From Coraliomargarita sp. (GTDB lineage: Bacteria > Verrucomicrobiota > Verrucomicrobiia > Opitutales > Coraliomargaritaceae), in contig OZ244160.1 of assembly GCA_965216325.1 (NCBI GenBank), positions 480,001 through 544,000 of the forward strand: 64,000 nucleotides of DNA, read 5' to 3'. This document shows, in pieces, positions 63,050-64,000 of this stretch. The first letter of the stretch is position 1, and every line of letters begins with the position of its first letter. The position numbers and the translations under genes are program-made. Below the pieces are notes generated by a model. The model saw only the letters and a list, made by a program, of their open reading frames with translations, had not been told where the DNA came from and did not search any database.

Positions 63050-63484
63050 CTACAGTGGCTTCCAGTCGGAAAAGGTCGCGGCCTGACCGACTGTTTGGCC
63101 CGCGGCGTCGAGCAGCATCCAGATTTGAGCCGATTCGATGTAAAAGCGCTTGCCGGTCGCACTGATGCGGATGCCGCGATAGTTCTCGGAGTAGCCCTTA
63201 CTGCGGACGTCATCCAGCAGCGCTTGGCGCTCATCGCGATGCATGGCTTCGGCCGAATAACGTGAGGGCAGGGCAGTCAGTGTTGCCCAATCCATCTCAA
63301 ACAATTGCTGAGCACAGAGATTGCCGTAGTTGAAGATCGGGTCTGCTTGCGTGCCGTGTGAGAGCACGACAAACGGAGACTGCATCAGGCGCTCAGTTTC
63401 ATCCGGCCCGCGCTCGATCAGTTGGCTGCCGAAGCAACGTGCATAGTTGTCGAGCAAGCGCTCGGTGTGCGCACTGAGATCCAT
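63050..63484 (-). CDS. Stand-alone MEKHLA domain protein
   Basis: PFVVLSHG...DPIFNYGN, LPSR.SAE, YRGIRISATGKRF.I, GQAATF..W. Confidence 0.92.
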   Translation of the reverse strand: MDLSAHTERLLDNYARCFGSQLIERGPDETERLMQSPFVVLSHGTQADPIFNYGNLCAQQLFEMDWATLTALPSRYSAEAMHRDERQALLDDVRSKGYSENYRGIRISATGKRFYIESAQIWMLLDAAGQTVGQAATFSDWKPL

Positions 63485-63490
63485 CGACGC

Positions 63491-64000
63491 CTACTTTAGC
63501 AAGGGGAGGTTTGCTGCGATCTCTTTGAGCAAATCCTTCTGTCCGGAGGTCAAGGTTGCGGCGTCTTTAAGCTGCGCAAGGTAGTTACTCGCGCTTTTGG
63601 TATCGTTGCCTTGCAGCGCGGAGCTCGCCTTGCTGACCAGGTCCGAGAGACCGTTGTCTTGGAAGTTGAAATTGCGCTCCAGCACCAGTGCGGAGAGCGG
63701 ATTCTTAACGTCGTTCCAAGTCGCGAGCTGAGAGGGGGTGAGGTCTGCCTTTGCGATCAGGTCGTAATACTTGAAGCCGCCGAGATAGTCTGCGGCATAG
63801 AACGAGTTCATCAGCCCCTTCGCCGCACTCATGGCTTGGTCGTTGCCTTTGAAGGACTTGAACAGATCTGTGCCCATTGATAGCAGGTCGGTGCTGTCGC
63901 TACTGCCTTGGGCAATTGCGTCGGCTCCCTTGGCGACATCGTTGAGGCTGAAGGCGTGCACTGCGCTCACGCTGACAGTTGCCAGAGAGAGTGTGAGAAG
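63491..64000 (-). CDS. Exported hypothetical protein, 5' end beyond the window
   Basis: The frame is open to the edge, giving LLTLSLATVSVSAVHA (signal peptide end); two helical LTPSQ/LTSGQ repeats. Confidence 0.7.
   Translation of the reverse strand, partial: LLTLSLATVSVSAVHAFSLNDVAKGADAIAQGSSDSTDLLSMGTDLFKSFKGNDQAMSAAKGLMNSFYAADYLGGFKYYDLIAKADLTPSQLATWNDVKNPLSALVLERNFNFQDNGLSDLVSKASSALQGNDTKSASNYLAQLKDAATLTSGQKDLLKEIAANLPLLK

Overview
The window looks like a marine Verrucomicrobiota (Opitutae, Coraliomargarita-like) chromosome segment; this is inferred from PEP-CTERM, the S-x-DL-x-W...FYRL C-terminal domains, a giant PilX-like protein and the rpsF-ssb-rplI order. It has two parts. (1) Bases 1 to about 20,135 form an accessory island. 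It ends in a tRNA 3'-end-like att core (probably tRNA-Leu) preceded by an arm-type direct repeat. It carries two giant secreted proteins built from near-identical DNA blocks in a different order, a PEP-CTERM protein, a group IIC intron remnant fused to an IS4 remnant, an attC-like site, a giant PilX-like protein with two paralogous partner genes, a sugar epimerase, a Tat-exported oxidoreductase and a damaged M48 protease. The most striking signal is one 20-bp palindromic box (ACAYGGYYGATYGRCCGTRT) abutting the -35 hexamer of four island promoters, which suggests an undescribed activator regulon. (2) About 20.2 to 64 kb is mostly core genome: pilC, rplY-pth-rpsF-ssb-rplI-dnaB-bamA-skp-lpxD-prs, sugar-nucleotide genes, a LysR gene with an NrtABCD-type nitrate transporter cluster, dapF, a PAS histidine kinase, leuA with a Leu-rich leader, coaC, a pseudokinase-PEGA-FGE protein, moaE/MOSC, two HAD hydrolases, an MCE/Mla operon, mscS and others. 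All calls are by eye; no searches were run.
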